Origin: Malacoraja senta
Taxonomy: Eukaryota
Length of the DNA stretch: 64,000 nt
Assembly: GCA_038087875.1 (NCBI GenBank)
Contig: CM075977.1
Location: 300,514,001 to 300,578,000, forward strand
Direction: 5' to 3'
A program made the translations under genes and the position numbers. A model generated the notes under the pieces. The model was not told the DNA's origin. It worked only from the letters and a program-made list of their open reading frames with translations, and did not search any database. Positions 49,961-61,890 of this stretch are shown here, piece after piece; the first letter of the stretch is position 1, and the number at the start of each line of letters is the position of its first letter.

Positions 49961-52900
49961 TGGTTGGGGGGGAGGGACTCAAATAGAGAATGCTATTAGA
50001 CAGTGTGTGAGGCAGGAGGCAGAGACGGAAAGCACTCAGACCCAACATGTAGGGGGGAAAGAAGAAAACAATAATAAACAGAGAATAAGAGGTGGTGGGG
50101 TTCTTAAATGGGCAAGCAGAGAAACAGAGGGGTGCAAAATGCGGGCGGAAGCAATAGGTAGCAAGGTGAAAAGTAAAAGTGGCAGGCAGACAAATCCAGG
50201 GCAAAAATCAAAAAGAGCCACTTTCCAACATAATTGTATAAGGGGTAAGAGCGTTGTAAAAACAAGCCTGAAGGCTTTGTGTCTCAATGCAAGGAGCATT
50301 CGTAATAAGGTCGATGAGTTGAACGTGCAGATAGCAATTAATGATTATGGTATAGTTGGGATCACGGAGACATGGCTCCAGGGTGACCAAGGCTGGGAGC
50401 TGAACATCCAGGGATATTCAATATTCAGGAGGGATAGAGAGAAAGGAAAAGGAGGTGGGGTAGCGTTGCTGGTTAGAGAGGAGATGAACGCAGTGGAAAG
50501 GAAGGACATTAGCTTGGAGGATGTGGAATCGGTATGGGTAGAGCTACGAAACACTAAGGGGCAGAAAACGCTGGTGGGTGTTGTGTACAGGCCACCTAGC
50601 AGTAGTAGTGAAGTTGGGGATGGCATCAAACAGGAAATTAGAAATGCGTGCAACAAAGGCAAATCAGTTATAATGGGTGACTTCAATCTACATATAGATT
50701 GGGTGAATCAAATTGGCAGGGGTGCTGAGGAAGAGGATTTCTTGGAATGTATAAGGGATAGTTATCTAAACCAACATGTAGAGGAACCAACGAGAGAGCA
50801 GGCTATTCTAGACTGGGTATTGAGTAATGAGGAAGGGTTAGTTAGCAGACTTGTTGTGCGTGCCCCCTTGGGCAAGAGTGACCATAATATGGTTGAGTTC
50901 TTCATTAGGATGGAGAGTGACGAATATCGGAAGGTATTCCTGAATTAAACGTGTATCAGAAGAATTTACTCAATTATGGGCTAATAATGGGAAAAAAGCT
51001 TATACTTAAATTCTGGAAAAATGCGCCCACACCAACAATAAAAATGTGGACATCAAATATGTTGGAAACATTACATCTGGAAGAGATGAGATTCCTCCTA
51101 GTAGGCAAAGTAGATCAATTTCAAAAGACGTGGTCTACGTTTTTGGACCTATTACAAGCATGAGGTGCAATAGTAATTTAGAAAAACAAATAAATAAATA
51201 AAAGGTATCTGGACCTGGTAATGGGAGGTAAAATAAAAACAGACTTGGTTGGTAGTTCCTTCTCTATGAAGTATGGTATAAGAGTTATAATAGAGCGATT
51301 GTTCCTTCTTTCTTTCTCTTTTTTTTTTCTAGGGTCTATTTTCTAACTTTACTTCCTTCTCTAACTTCTTTTCTAAGGGGCTTTCTTTTCCCAACACTCT
51401 TTTGCACTTCACAACCTTTGTGCACTTTCTTCACTTTTCTTACTTCTTTCTTTTTCTTTCTTAAAGTTTAAAACAGTGAAGCGGTACAAAAAATGTATTA
51501 ATATATACGTGTTGTACATTACTGTAATCTACCGTACTTCTAAAAAATAAAAAAAATAAAAAATAAAAAATAAAAAAAAAAATAAAAAAAAGGATGGAGA
51601 GTGACATTGTTAATTCAGAAACAACGGTTCTGAACTTAAAGAAAGGTAACTTTGAGGGTATGAGACGTGAATTGGCCAAGATTGACTGGCAATTAGTTCT
51701 AAAAGGGTTGACGGTGGATATGCAATGGAAGGCATTTAAAGACTGCATGGATGAACTACAAAAAATGTTCATCCCAGTTTGGCAAAAGAATAAATCAGGG
51801 AAGGTAATGCATCCATGGATAACAAGGGAAATCAGTGATAGTATCAAAGCAAAAGATGATGCATACAAATTAGCCAGAAAAAGCAGCATACCAGAGGACT
51901 GGGAGAAATTCAGAGACCAGCAGAGGAGGACAAAGGGCTTAATTAGGAAAGGGAAAATAGATTATGAAAGGAAACTGGCAGGGAACATAAAAACTGACTG
52001 CAAACGTTTTTATAGATATGTGAAGAGAAAGAGATTAGTTAAAACAAATGTAGGTCCCTTGCAGTCAGAAATAGGTGAATTGATCATGGGGAACAAGGAT
52101 ATGGCGGACCAATTGAATAACTACTTTGGTTCCGTCTTCACTAAGGAAGACATAAATAATCTGCCGGAAATAGCAGGGGGCCGCGGGTCAAAGGAGATGG
52201 AGGAACTGAGTGAAATCCAGGTTAGTCGGGAAGTGGTTTTGGGTAAATTGAATGGATTAAAGGCCGATAAATCACCAGGGCCAGATAGGCTGCATCCAAG
52301 AGTACTTAAGGAAGTAGCTCCAGAAATAGTGGATGCATTAGTGATAATTTTTCAAAACTCTTTAGATTCTGGAGTAGTTCCTGAGGATTGGAGGGTAGCA
52401 AACGTAACCCCACTTTTTAAGAAGGGAGGGAGAGAGAAAACGTGGAATTACAGACCAGTTAGTCTAACATCGGTAGTGGGGAAACTGCTAGAGTCAGTTA
52501 TTAAAGATGGGATAGCAGCACATTTGGAAAGTGGTGAAATCATTGGACAAAGTCAGCATGGATTTACGAAAGGTAAATCGTGTCTGACGAATCTTATAGA
52601 ATTTTTCGAGGATGTAACTAGTAGAGTGGATAGGGGAGAACCATTGGATGTGTTGTATCTGGACTTTCAGAAGGCTTTCGACAAGGTACCACATAAGAAA
52701 TTAGGATACAAACTTAAATCACACGGTATTGGGGGTTCAGTATTGATGTGGATAGAGAACTGGCTGGCAAACAGGAAGCAAAGAGTAGGAGTAAATGGCA
52801 GGCAGTGACTAGTGGGGTACCGCAAGGCTCAGTGCTGGGACCCCAGCTATTTACAATTTATATTAATGATCTGGACGAGGGAATTGAAAGCAACAACTCC

Positions 52901-53840
52901 AAGTTTGCGGATGACACTAAGCTGGGGGGCAGTGTTAGCTGTGAGGAGGATGCTAGGAGACTGCAAGGTGACTTGGATAGGCTGGGTGAGTGGGCAAATG
53001 TTTGGCAGATGCAGTATAATGTGGATAAATGTGAGGTTATCCACTTTGGTGGCAAAAACGGGAAGGCAGACTATTATCTAAATGGTGGCCGATTAGGAAA
53101 TGGGGAGATGCAGCGAGACCTGGGTGTCATGGTACACCAGTCATTGAAAGTAGGCATGCAGGTGCAGCAGGCAGTGAAGAAAGCGAATGGTATGTTGGCC
53201 TTCATAGCAAGAGGATTTGAGTATAGGAGCAGGGAGGTTCTACTGCAGTTGTACAGGGTCTTGGTGAGACCACACCTGGAGTATTGCGTACAGTTTTGGT
53301 CTCCAAATCTGAGGAAGGACATTATAGCCATAGAGGGGGTGCAGAGAAGGTTCACCAGACTGATTCCTGGGATGTCAGGACTTTCATATGAAGAAAGACT
53401 GGATAGACTTGGCTTATACTCGCTAGAATTTAGGAGATTGAGAGGGGATCTTATAGAAACGTACAAAATTCTTATGGGGTTGGACAGGCTAGATGCAGGA
53501 AGATTGTTCCTGATGTTGGGGAAGTCCAGGACAAGGGGTCACAGCTTAAGGATAAGGGGGAAATCCTTTAAGACCGAGATGAGGAAAAACTTTTTCACAC
53601 AGAGAGTGGTGAATCTCTGGAACTCTCTGCCACAGAGGGTAGTTGAGGCCAGTTCATTGGCTATATTTAAGAGGGAGTTAGATGTGGCCCTTGTGGCTAA
53701 AGGGATCAGGGGGTATGGAGAGAAGGCAGGTACGGGATACTGAGTTGGATGATCAGCCATGATCATATTGAATGGCGGTGCAGGCTCGAAGGGCCGAATG
53801 GCCTACTCCTGCACCTATTTTCTATGTATCTATGTATCTA
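49961..53840 (+). mobile_element. CR1 LINE with complete endonuclease-RT ORF2, broken by an L1 insertion and a 16-nt deletion
   Basis: APE domain (NARS, GITETW, GDFN, SDH) in 50007..50948 and RT in 51594..52808 and 52748..53743. (TATCTATG)n tail; AATAAA on both flanks. Confidence 0.96.
50922..51590 (+). mobile_element. 5'-truncated L1-clade LINE
   Basis: Perfect 15-bp TSD AGGATGGAGAGTGAC (50907-50921, 51591-51605), TT|AGGA target, ORF2 C-terminus (KKLILKFWK..PTIKMW..LEEMRF..F.KTW..F), A-rich tail. Confidence 0.92.
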
Positions 53841-55084
53841 AATAAATAAAGTCCCACTCCTCCACACTCACCAATGAGAATATTTTTTGTCGGCGGGTTT
53901 CCTGTACAGAACGAGCAATTTAATTGTCTTCAGCCCATCGCACACTATTTAAAATGGCAATGTAGACAAAAATGCAGGAGAAACTCAGCGGGTGAGGCAG
54001 CATCTGAGTTTGACCCTTCTTCAAGCATTTCTCCAGCATTTTTGTCCACCGTTCTATAGATGCTGCCTCACCCGCATTCACATTCCCGTGCAGATGGTGT
54101 AATAGGTGAGACACGGCGGTGATCCCAGCACCGACCCCTGAGGAACCGCTCACACCCCCACCCTCACCTCCGGCGGCCGCTCTGTCCACACCACAAGGAG
54201 CTTTAACGCCTGGCCCGGAGCCAGGAACGGACCGGGTGAGTGGGGGCGTCGGTGCGGCCTCCGAAGCCACGGGGATGAATCTCGGGCTAAGGCTATGCCC
54301 GACCCCCGGGTCACTGTCGCTCAACCCCCCACCCCCCCGGGCCACTGACCCTCATCTCCCCCGGACCCCAGCTGGACATAGAGCACTTGGGGGGGAGAGG
54401 GAAATGCTCCTCGGACATCGCCAAGTCTTCGCTCACGCCGGGTGTTGTCGCCACTTCACTGACACACGCTCTCACACACAACCTTACACACACACTGACA
54501 CACACAAGGTTTAAAGGGATCTGGGCCAAATGTGGATAAATGTGACTAGTTTAGATGGGGCATCTTGATCTGCATGAACAAGTTGGGATGAAGAGCCTGT
54601 TTCCATGCTGTAAGACTATGACACACTGTAGAAAAGGTGCAATTGCTCTGGAGAGGATCCAGAGGTGATTTATGAACATATTGGCAGGGCTGGAATTTTT
54701 GTTTCACTTTGAAGAAAGATTTGATAACTGGAATTGTATTCTCTGCAGCAACGGAGGTGAAGAAGATACTTTGTTGAGGTGAATAATATTATGAGAATAG
54801 GACCTGTTTCGCTTAATAAAGAGTGTAAGAAGGAACTGCAGATGGTGGTTTAAACTGAAGATAGATACTAAATGCTGGAATAACTCAGCAGGACAGGCAG
54901 CATTTCTGGAGAGAAAGAATAGGTGATGTTTCGGGTCGAGACCTTCAGACTGAAGAGGTTGAAAACCAGCCATAAAAACACAATGACTGGAGATGTGTGT
55001 TATCCAACTAAAGACAGTAATCAGAATCATGTGTTCATCTTTAATGACGTGACACCATAATAAATATTACAGAAAAAAAAGAAT

Positions 55085-55355
55085 GGGGTGGCACGGTGGC
55101 ACATCGGTAGAGTTGCTACCTTGCAGCACCACAGACCCAGATTGGATCCTGACTACGGGTGCTGTCTGTACAGTATTTGTACATTCTCCTTATGACCACA
55201 TGGTTTTCTGTGGAAATTCCGGTTTCTCCCACATCTGAAAGAAGTGCAGGTAGGTTAATTGGCTTCTGTAAATTGTCCCTGGCATGTAGGATACAACTGG
55301 TGTATGATAGATTGCGGTCGGTGTCGACTTGGTGGGCCGAAGGGCCTGTTTCCAT
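55085..55355 (+). mobile_element. tRNA-derived V-SINE (HE1-like)
   Basis: Homologous to 46806-47098. Confidence 0.8.
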
Positions 55356-56019
55356 ATATATGTTTCACATATATATCTTAATTTCATTGAACCATATACG
55401 GTTGAATATGTGGCATTATTTTCATCTTGTTTCTATAGTCAAAGGGTAAGGTTAATTGCTTTATTTGTGCAGATCAGTGATGGAAGTCTGACTCCTCTTG
55501 CCTTGTTTCTATGTTTTTGTTTCTCTATATATATGCATAACAGCTCTATATACGAATTATAATCTGATTTCCATACATGAATATACTAAGATCATTCATG
55601 TGCTGCACGTGTTGATCAGAGCCTTGGTTCTACTGTGGAATGTAATTAGGAATGTAATTTAGCCTAACCTTATTCACACCTAATCCAATTTGAAGCATAA
55701 ATTTTGCATTCAAGTGTAAGTTAAAAGTATGCACCAGATTCCACAATTTCAAACTGAAAAATGCAAAAGCTTCCCCCCCCTCCCACACCCTCCCCCCCGG
55801 TCGCTGCACTCCCTCACAATTTCTCACTCTCACCTCTCATCCAATGTTGGCAGCCCTGCATCATGCTGTACGTCTCTAAGTTCTATGATATACCACCATT
55901 GTTTTTCTTATCTACTGCAAGTCTGCAACTGTGACATAATAACTCAAATGAAGCAATGATGTTCCATGTAACCATTAAAGGTTATAACAACAACTTCACT
56001 TTAAGCAAAATGATTCTCT

Positions 56020-56790
56020 CTTCAATGCAGTCCTTAAGTGCACATAGGTTGATTTAAGACCATAGCAGGAAGTGAACATAGCACCAGAGGAAGAATAATT
56101 ATAATTGGAATTCTAACCACTGTCATATTGTAATTATTGAGAAATTTGCATGTCCAGATTTGGGATGGGTGAGAGTGAGGAGTCATAGATAGTATTGGAC
56201 TGTGGCGATGCTCTCCGCACTGCTTCCAATGCAACTGCATCCTTCTTTAAACATGGAGGCTTAAACTATGCACAGTATTTCAGGTGCCATCTCACCAGAC
56301 ACTGCACTAGAACCTCCCTACATTTACACTCCATGCCCCTTGCAATAAAGGCCAATATTTCATAAGCCTTCCTAACTGGCTGTTGTTCCTTCATCCTGAC
56401 TTTTTATCTCTCATACACTGGGATGGCGAAATCTTTTCGTACTGCAACATTTTGTAGTTTCACTCCATTTAAGCAACAATTTGCCTTTTCATTCATCCAT
56501 CCGGAGTGCACAACCTCATTTTATTCCATCTGCTATTATCTTATCCATTCATTTAACCTACCCCGATCCGATGGCAGATTATTTGTGTCATGCTCACGAC
56601 TTCTTTTTGTGTCATCAGCAAATTTGACTACAACTCTCTCAGTTCCTTCATCCAAATAATCAATAATAATTGTAAGTAATTGAGGTCCAACACTAATTAC
56701 TGACTGCAAATCTTGGAATGACCATAAAGCCCCTCCTCAGTTTTCAGTTAGTTAGCTACTCCTTTGATTCCACCTAAGTATTGCTTGCAA
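56020..56790 (-). mobile_element. Old CR1 fragment
   Basis: Decayed KFADDTK region (GTGTCATCAGCAAATTTG on the plus strand). Confidence 0.65.
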
Positions 56791-58410
56791 CCCTTTGCAT
56801 TCTTACCCTGTGTACAAGCAATCCCTGGGTTGTGAACACAGAACCTAAGGACACACCTTAATATGATTGAGCTCACATAATGTTATTAAGTTCAAAATCC
56901 CAATGTATGTACATATGTTGGTTCCTTCGAAGAAAATAACTACTTTCCTCCATCTCGTCACTTTTAGTAATGGCTCTATCTTGTAAGTCTTAAGTACTCT
57001 TAATGCCATTTATCACAATACTGTGGAGGTATGGATTTAGTGGCCATTTGGCTTATTTTGTGTGTCATTAATTATGGCATGTGCCTTTAAATTTTAGACT
57101 GTCCGTTATTATGTGGGTGGGATTTATTACGTATCGAAGGGCGTGTTTGGTGCTAGGTTTCTTGCGCAGAAGCTTAGTTTTTTGTTTAGTTTTGAACTTA
57201 CAATGGGAAGGTTTACTCTTCGACATGTGATGTTTAACCGAGACACGAGGAGTTTTCCAACGTTTAAAGCGATATGCTGGAGTTTGACGAAGATTAAAGT
57301 GTATGAGGATAAGGTCGGATGTATACCTTATTGTTTTTCTTCAACAATAAAGAAACTATTAATCAAAAGACTGTTATGTCTGTGAAGAAGCTCTGAAGGT
57401 CTCACGGAGAGCTCACATGCGTATTACGACATTCTCCTTAAACCATGTAGTTTACTTAGTGGCTAGAGGGAGTAATCTCTTGAACGATATGAAAATCTGG
57501 CACTACATAGAGTCAAAGAATACCTCTGACAGGAGGTGAGAGCCAATCCCAGAGAGTGGGACAGAAGACCAAGGCTAGGATCTCGAAAGAGGTTTTAGCC
57601 AGAAGACCGGTTCCAGCTGGGAACTGAAGACAATAGATCTCGGCCAGAGATGGCCTTGAGGTCTATTGACAGCGACACAACTTATCTGAAAACATTATCA
57701 AGAAATCATGAGTAGATATCGACTATTATTTCTTTGAATTTTGAAGCTGCAAAGCTTTAATTTTTAAACGGCTTCTGTAAAGAAGAGCCAGATAAATGAA
57801 AGCGTGCCACTAGCTTGGAAGAAAGCCAAGAAAGTGTTTTTTCACTGTCTGGAAAAATCCAGAAGTCCGACCTTGGATTGTTCCTTTTGAACTAACATCA
57901 CTATTAAGCCCGTGGATGTTGAGGGATATTCAGTTTGTTATTGTTCTGGAGAAGATGTTTTCAAAACAAAACTAAAGCAGCCAGAAGAAGACTTTGTTCG
58001 TTCAATTTAAAGACATGGCAATCTGCCAAGACCTGTTTAAAATCATGGAGCATGAAGATGAGGAAAGTGTCACGTTTTATAAAACTGTGAATATTTCTGT
58101 TTTTCAATGATATTCAAAAACATTCAATAGCCTGGAAAGGTTTGACATTTGACTAAGATGGTTTAGCCAGCCATCAAAATATTTCAGCCACTTAAATGGC
58201 TGGACGTTCAGACTTATTCACATGACCTAGCAATATCACATAAGACTTTCCCATTGCATCTCATCAAATGACTTCTGGGAATCTTAGCATATTAATTAAT
58301 TCCCTTTATTCACAGCACATATTACTTCTTCAAAAATTTCCAAGAGATGGGATTGGGAAGATAAATTAAATTTGACTAGACAGCTCCAGCTAAAGAGCTG
58401 GAACAAATAT

Positions 58411-59833
58411 AATAGTAAGATTAAACGAGAACTTGCCAGTTTGAAGTTTGATCTCTATTTTATGAGGAGTTACGATGAGGGATTACGTGAAGAAGAGCCC
58501 GTCCAGCCGCACAAGCGTCAATCTTCAAAGCAGCGGAGTGAAATCACAGACAACAATTACTGAAGTATGATAGTAAGATATGTAAAGACTAGAACTACCA
58601 GCTCGATCTTTATGAGGGTGGGAGCGGAGGGCACGTAATCCCTCATCGTAACTCCTCATAAAATAAAGATCAAACTTCAAACTGGTAAGTTCTCATTTAA
58701 TCTTACTATTTTACTTCGGAGTCACGTGAGTGACTACGTGAAGATTTCAAATCTCTGTGATTTCACGCCGTAGATTCAAATCCAGGCGTCTCACTGCAAA
58801 GCGACTTTGAGTCCTGAAAAGCGCTATTTAAATAAAATGTATTATTATTATTATTATTGATTGACTCTAAAGGAGTAAAAGCAATCAACAATGCATAACC
58901 ACAACATAAATGTAATCAGTTAATGGTTTTATTTATCACTACAATAGTAACCCATTTATCATAATGGGGGACTTAATACTGAATCCAAAACAGCACCCTA
59001 GGGCTGCCTATGCGCGGGCTCTCCTGTAGGCCCACGCATAGGCAGCCCTATTTCAGGTGCTGCTGGCGCTGGCTCCCCTGTAGGCCAACGTTTATACTGT
59101 CTTCCTTCAGACATTGTTGGCGCTGGCACTCCTTTAGACCAACGCTTATACTGCCTTTTTTCAGGCATTTCTGGCACTGGCTCTCCTGTAGGCCAAGACA
59201 TATACTGTCTTTTTTCAGACATTTCTGATGGCTCTCCTGTAGGCCAACGCTGTGCCTGGCCCATCCAAGGCACTCCCTGTGCTGTATCTCCCATACACCA
59301 ACGCGGACTGTATTCCTCCTGATGTGGTTCTTGATATATAATTTTCCCCATGAGGAATTCTAGACTAGCGACCCTAGCAGCCATAACTTCTGACTGAGAA
59401 GGGTTAACCTCCGGGTCTGACTCATCAGAGTCTACTGGTCGCACGGACTTTTGCCTGGCCTTGCGCCCCAATGGCACTGTAACGGTACTTTCTACCGCGT
59501 CTGGAGTTGATGGCCTCGCTGCCACCGACTCCTCAAACAGACGCCCGCTACCCTCAGACCCGCGGTCTTCTTGAGGTTTACCTGCGGTACGTCTCCTCCC
59601 TCTACGCCCTCTCTCCATACTAACTTGTGTGGAACTCCACTACAAGTCTAACGAGGAAGGCGACCTGAAAGCAAAAGTGAAAGCACTTACCTTCAGGCTT
59701 TTACTTACTCACCGCTTGGAGGAGCTTTGCTCCTCCACACACGGTTGCTACGCTATACGTCTGACGATATGACGCGTGTGCGGCTGGACGGGCTCTTCTT
59801 CACGTAGTCACTCACGTGACTCCGAAGTAAAAT
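58411..59833 (-). mobile_element. Non-autonomous 1.4-kb DIRS element (internal deletion derivative)
   Basis: Same termini as 22647-27314 in reverse orientation; ICR at 58632-58743; ATT at both ends; no RT or YR sequence. Confidence 0.93.
58998..59618 (-). CDS. Truncated DIRS ORF1 (gag-position) with WPTGEP tandem repeats
   Basis: 206-aa ATG-initiated ORF located just inside the left terminus; its repeats are homologous to 23150-23600. Confidence 0.55.
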   Translation of the reverse strand: MERGRRGRRRTAGKPQEDRGSEGSGRLFEESVAARPSTPDAVESTVTVPLGRKARQKSVRPVDSDESDPEVNPSQSEVMAARVASLEFLMGKIIYQEPHQEEYSPRWCMGDTAQGVPWMGQAQRWPTGEPSEMSEKRQYMSWPTGEPVPEMPEKRQYKRWSKGVPAPTMSEGRQYKRWPTGEPAPAAPEIGLPMRGPTGEPAHRQP

Positions 59834-60138
59834 GCCCAGTGAGAGTTGAATATTTTAAAAAGTATATACTTACAAAAAGGAATTTGGATCATAAAGAATA
59901 TTAATTAGGTCAGGCAGCATCTCTGGTGAAAATGGATAGGTGACATTTCAGGTCGAGATTTTGCACCTTTACATTAAAGATTTGGGAATAAATTGTACTT
60001 AAATGTGTTTTAACATACAGCAATGCAGCCAGATTGAGGTACGTTTTAATGCCAGATGTAGCAACTTGCACAATGTCCCACCTTAGTGGCAAACATAATG
60101 AAATGCAATTATCGCATCACAGGCCTACATCTGTTAGC

Positions 60139-60441
60139 TTAGACTTTAGAGATAAGGCGTGGAGACAAGATCTTCAGCCTATAGAATCCGCGCTGATCAT
60201 CGATCACCCCGTACACTAGCATTATCCTACACACGAGGGATGACTGACAATTTTACAGAAGCCAATTAATCAACAAGCATGTATTATTTGGAGTGTGGGA
60301 GGAATCCGGAGCACCTGGAGAAAACCCACACAGTCACAGGGAGAACGTACAAACTCCGTACAGACAGCTCCCGGAATCAGGATCTAAGCCGGTCTCTGGT
60401 ACTGTAAGGCAGCAACTCTACCGCTGCATCACTGTGCTGCC
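60139..60441 (-). mobile_element. tRNA-derived V-SINE (HE1-like)
   Basis: Reverse-complement homolog of 46806-47098. Confidence 0.8.
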
Positions 60442-60897
60442 TTCAGTTTGGGTAATGGAAATGAAATATGTAAATATTAAGCACAACCTGTTCAACTTGC
60501 ATTTCTTTACGTGTGCAGCTTTGCATTATGGAAAATCGCAATATCGACTGTTTTCTTAGAAATGCAACCTGTGCCCCCCCCTCCCTTCTCCCTCCTCCTC
60601 CCCTACGCCCCCCAGTGTAATGCTCCGGTGGCCTGTAATAAGAAATAAATAGTGAAAATAGAGATATAAGACTAAGTGGGACCCGTTGGGTCCCATGTTC
60701 ACACGGGAGGGCGGGTCCCCCGACTCAATATTCCACCTCTCCACCATTTCCAATATTGGTGGCCAGTGGGGGGGCTTTCTGGAGCGCTGGTATGGGTTCT
60801 TGGGGTGGCTGCTCAGTCCCTCAAGCCTGATGTGCTGGCAGCTCACTCACGGCTGGTGGCCTGGCAGTTGACTTATGGCTATTCCTTGAAATTCCAT

Positions 60898-61290
60898 TTC
60901 AAGCAGGGTGCAAGGCCACCAAATTCAAGTGCAGTTTCTTACCACTTCGAGCAGGGTGCAAGGCCACCAAATTCAAGTCCAGTTTCCTACCACTTCAAGC
61001 AGGGTGCAAGGCCACCGAATTCAAGTGCAGTTTCATACCACCTCAACAGGATGCAAGGCCACCAAATTCAAGTGCAGTTTCATACCACTTCAAGCAGGGT
61101 GCAAGGCCACCAAATTCAAGTGCAGTTTCATACCACTTTCAGCAGGGTGCAAGGCCACCAAATTCAGTGCAGTTTCAAACCACTTCAAGCAGGGTGCAAG
61201 GCCGCCAAATTCAAGTGCATTCATTCCATTTCAAGCAGGGTGCAAGGCCACCAAATTCAAATGCAGCTTCATACCATTTCATGCAGGGTG
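60898..61290 (+). repeat. 48-bp minisatellite, ~8 copies
   Basis: Unit TTCAAGCAGGGTGCAAGGCCACCAAATTCAAGTGCAGTTTCATACCAC. Confidence 0.95.
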
Positions 61291-61652
61291 AAACCACCAT
61301 AAAACCACACAAAACACCAAACTCACAGTTGAGTAGACATTCATATGTGTTCACAGCTCAGACAGAGTCGTGAACACTCCCTCCCCCATCATGCAGAGAC
61401 TGAGCCACACCCACACTTCTGGGTTTTATAACCCCTTCCCCTCCCACCAGAAAAGGTGTGGCCTTCATGACGTGATTGACAGGAGAGAGATTCTCAACAT
61501 TTTTAAAACACTAATAACACTTTTATTTTTCATTGATGGGAAGAATTCTCTGCACCTGCTGAGCGGAGGGGGACTGAGTAAGATGGCCAAAAATCACAGG
61601 CGTAAGTGGTAGCGTTTTATCTAAAATCAATATACAGTGCAAACAGGAAGTT

Positions 61653-61890
61653 AGCCAAAGCACCCAAACCACCATTTGCAGTAGTGCCTTTTAACTTTAA
61701 GCCAAAGCACCCAAACAACCATTTGCAGTAGTGCCTTTTAACTTCAAGCCAAAGCACCCAAACCACCATTTGCAGTAGTGCCTTTTAACTTCAAGCCAAA
61801 GCACCCAAACCACCATTTGCAGTAGCGCCTTTTAACTTCAAGCCAAAGCACCCAAACCACCATTTGCAGTCAGTGCCTTTTTACTTCAAA
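61653..61890 (+). repeat. 47-bp minisatellite, ~5 copies
   Basis: Unit AGCCAAAGCACCCAAACCACCATTTGCAGTAGTGCCTTTTAACTTCA. Confidence 0.95.

Larger units (their letters stand above)
49840..55858. mobile_element. hAT-like non-autonomous DNA transposon hosting nested insertions
   Basis: Perfect 13-bp TIRs CAGGGCTGCCAAC / GTTGGCAGCCCTG; CTCAC(GC) subterminal repeats at both ends; CATCA on both flanks. Confidence 0.8.

Noticed and set aside
60898-61890. Tandem arrays as CRISPR or as repetitive proteins (ORFs 60676..61302, 60908..61291)
   Set aside because: No unique spacers, eukaryotic context, and the ORFs simply follow a 48-bp (in-frame) period.
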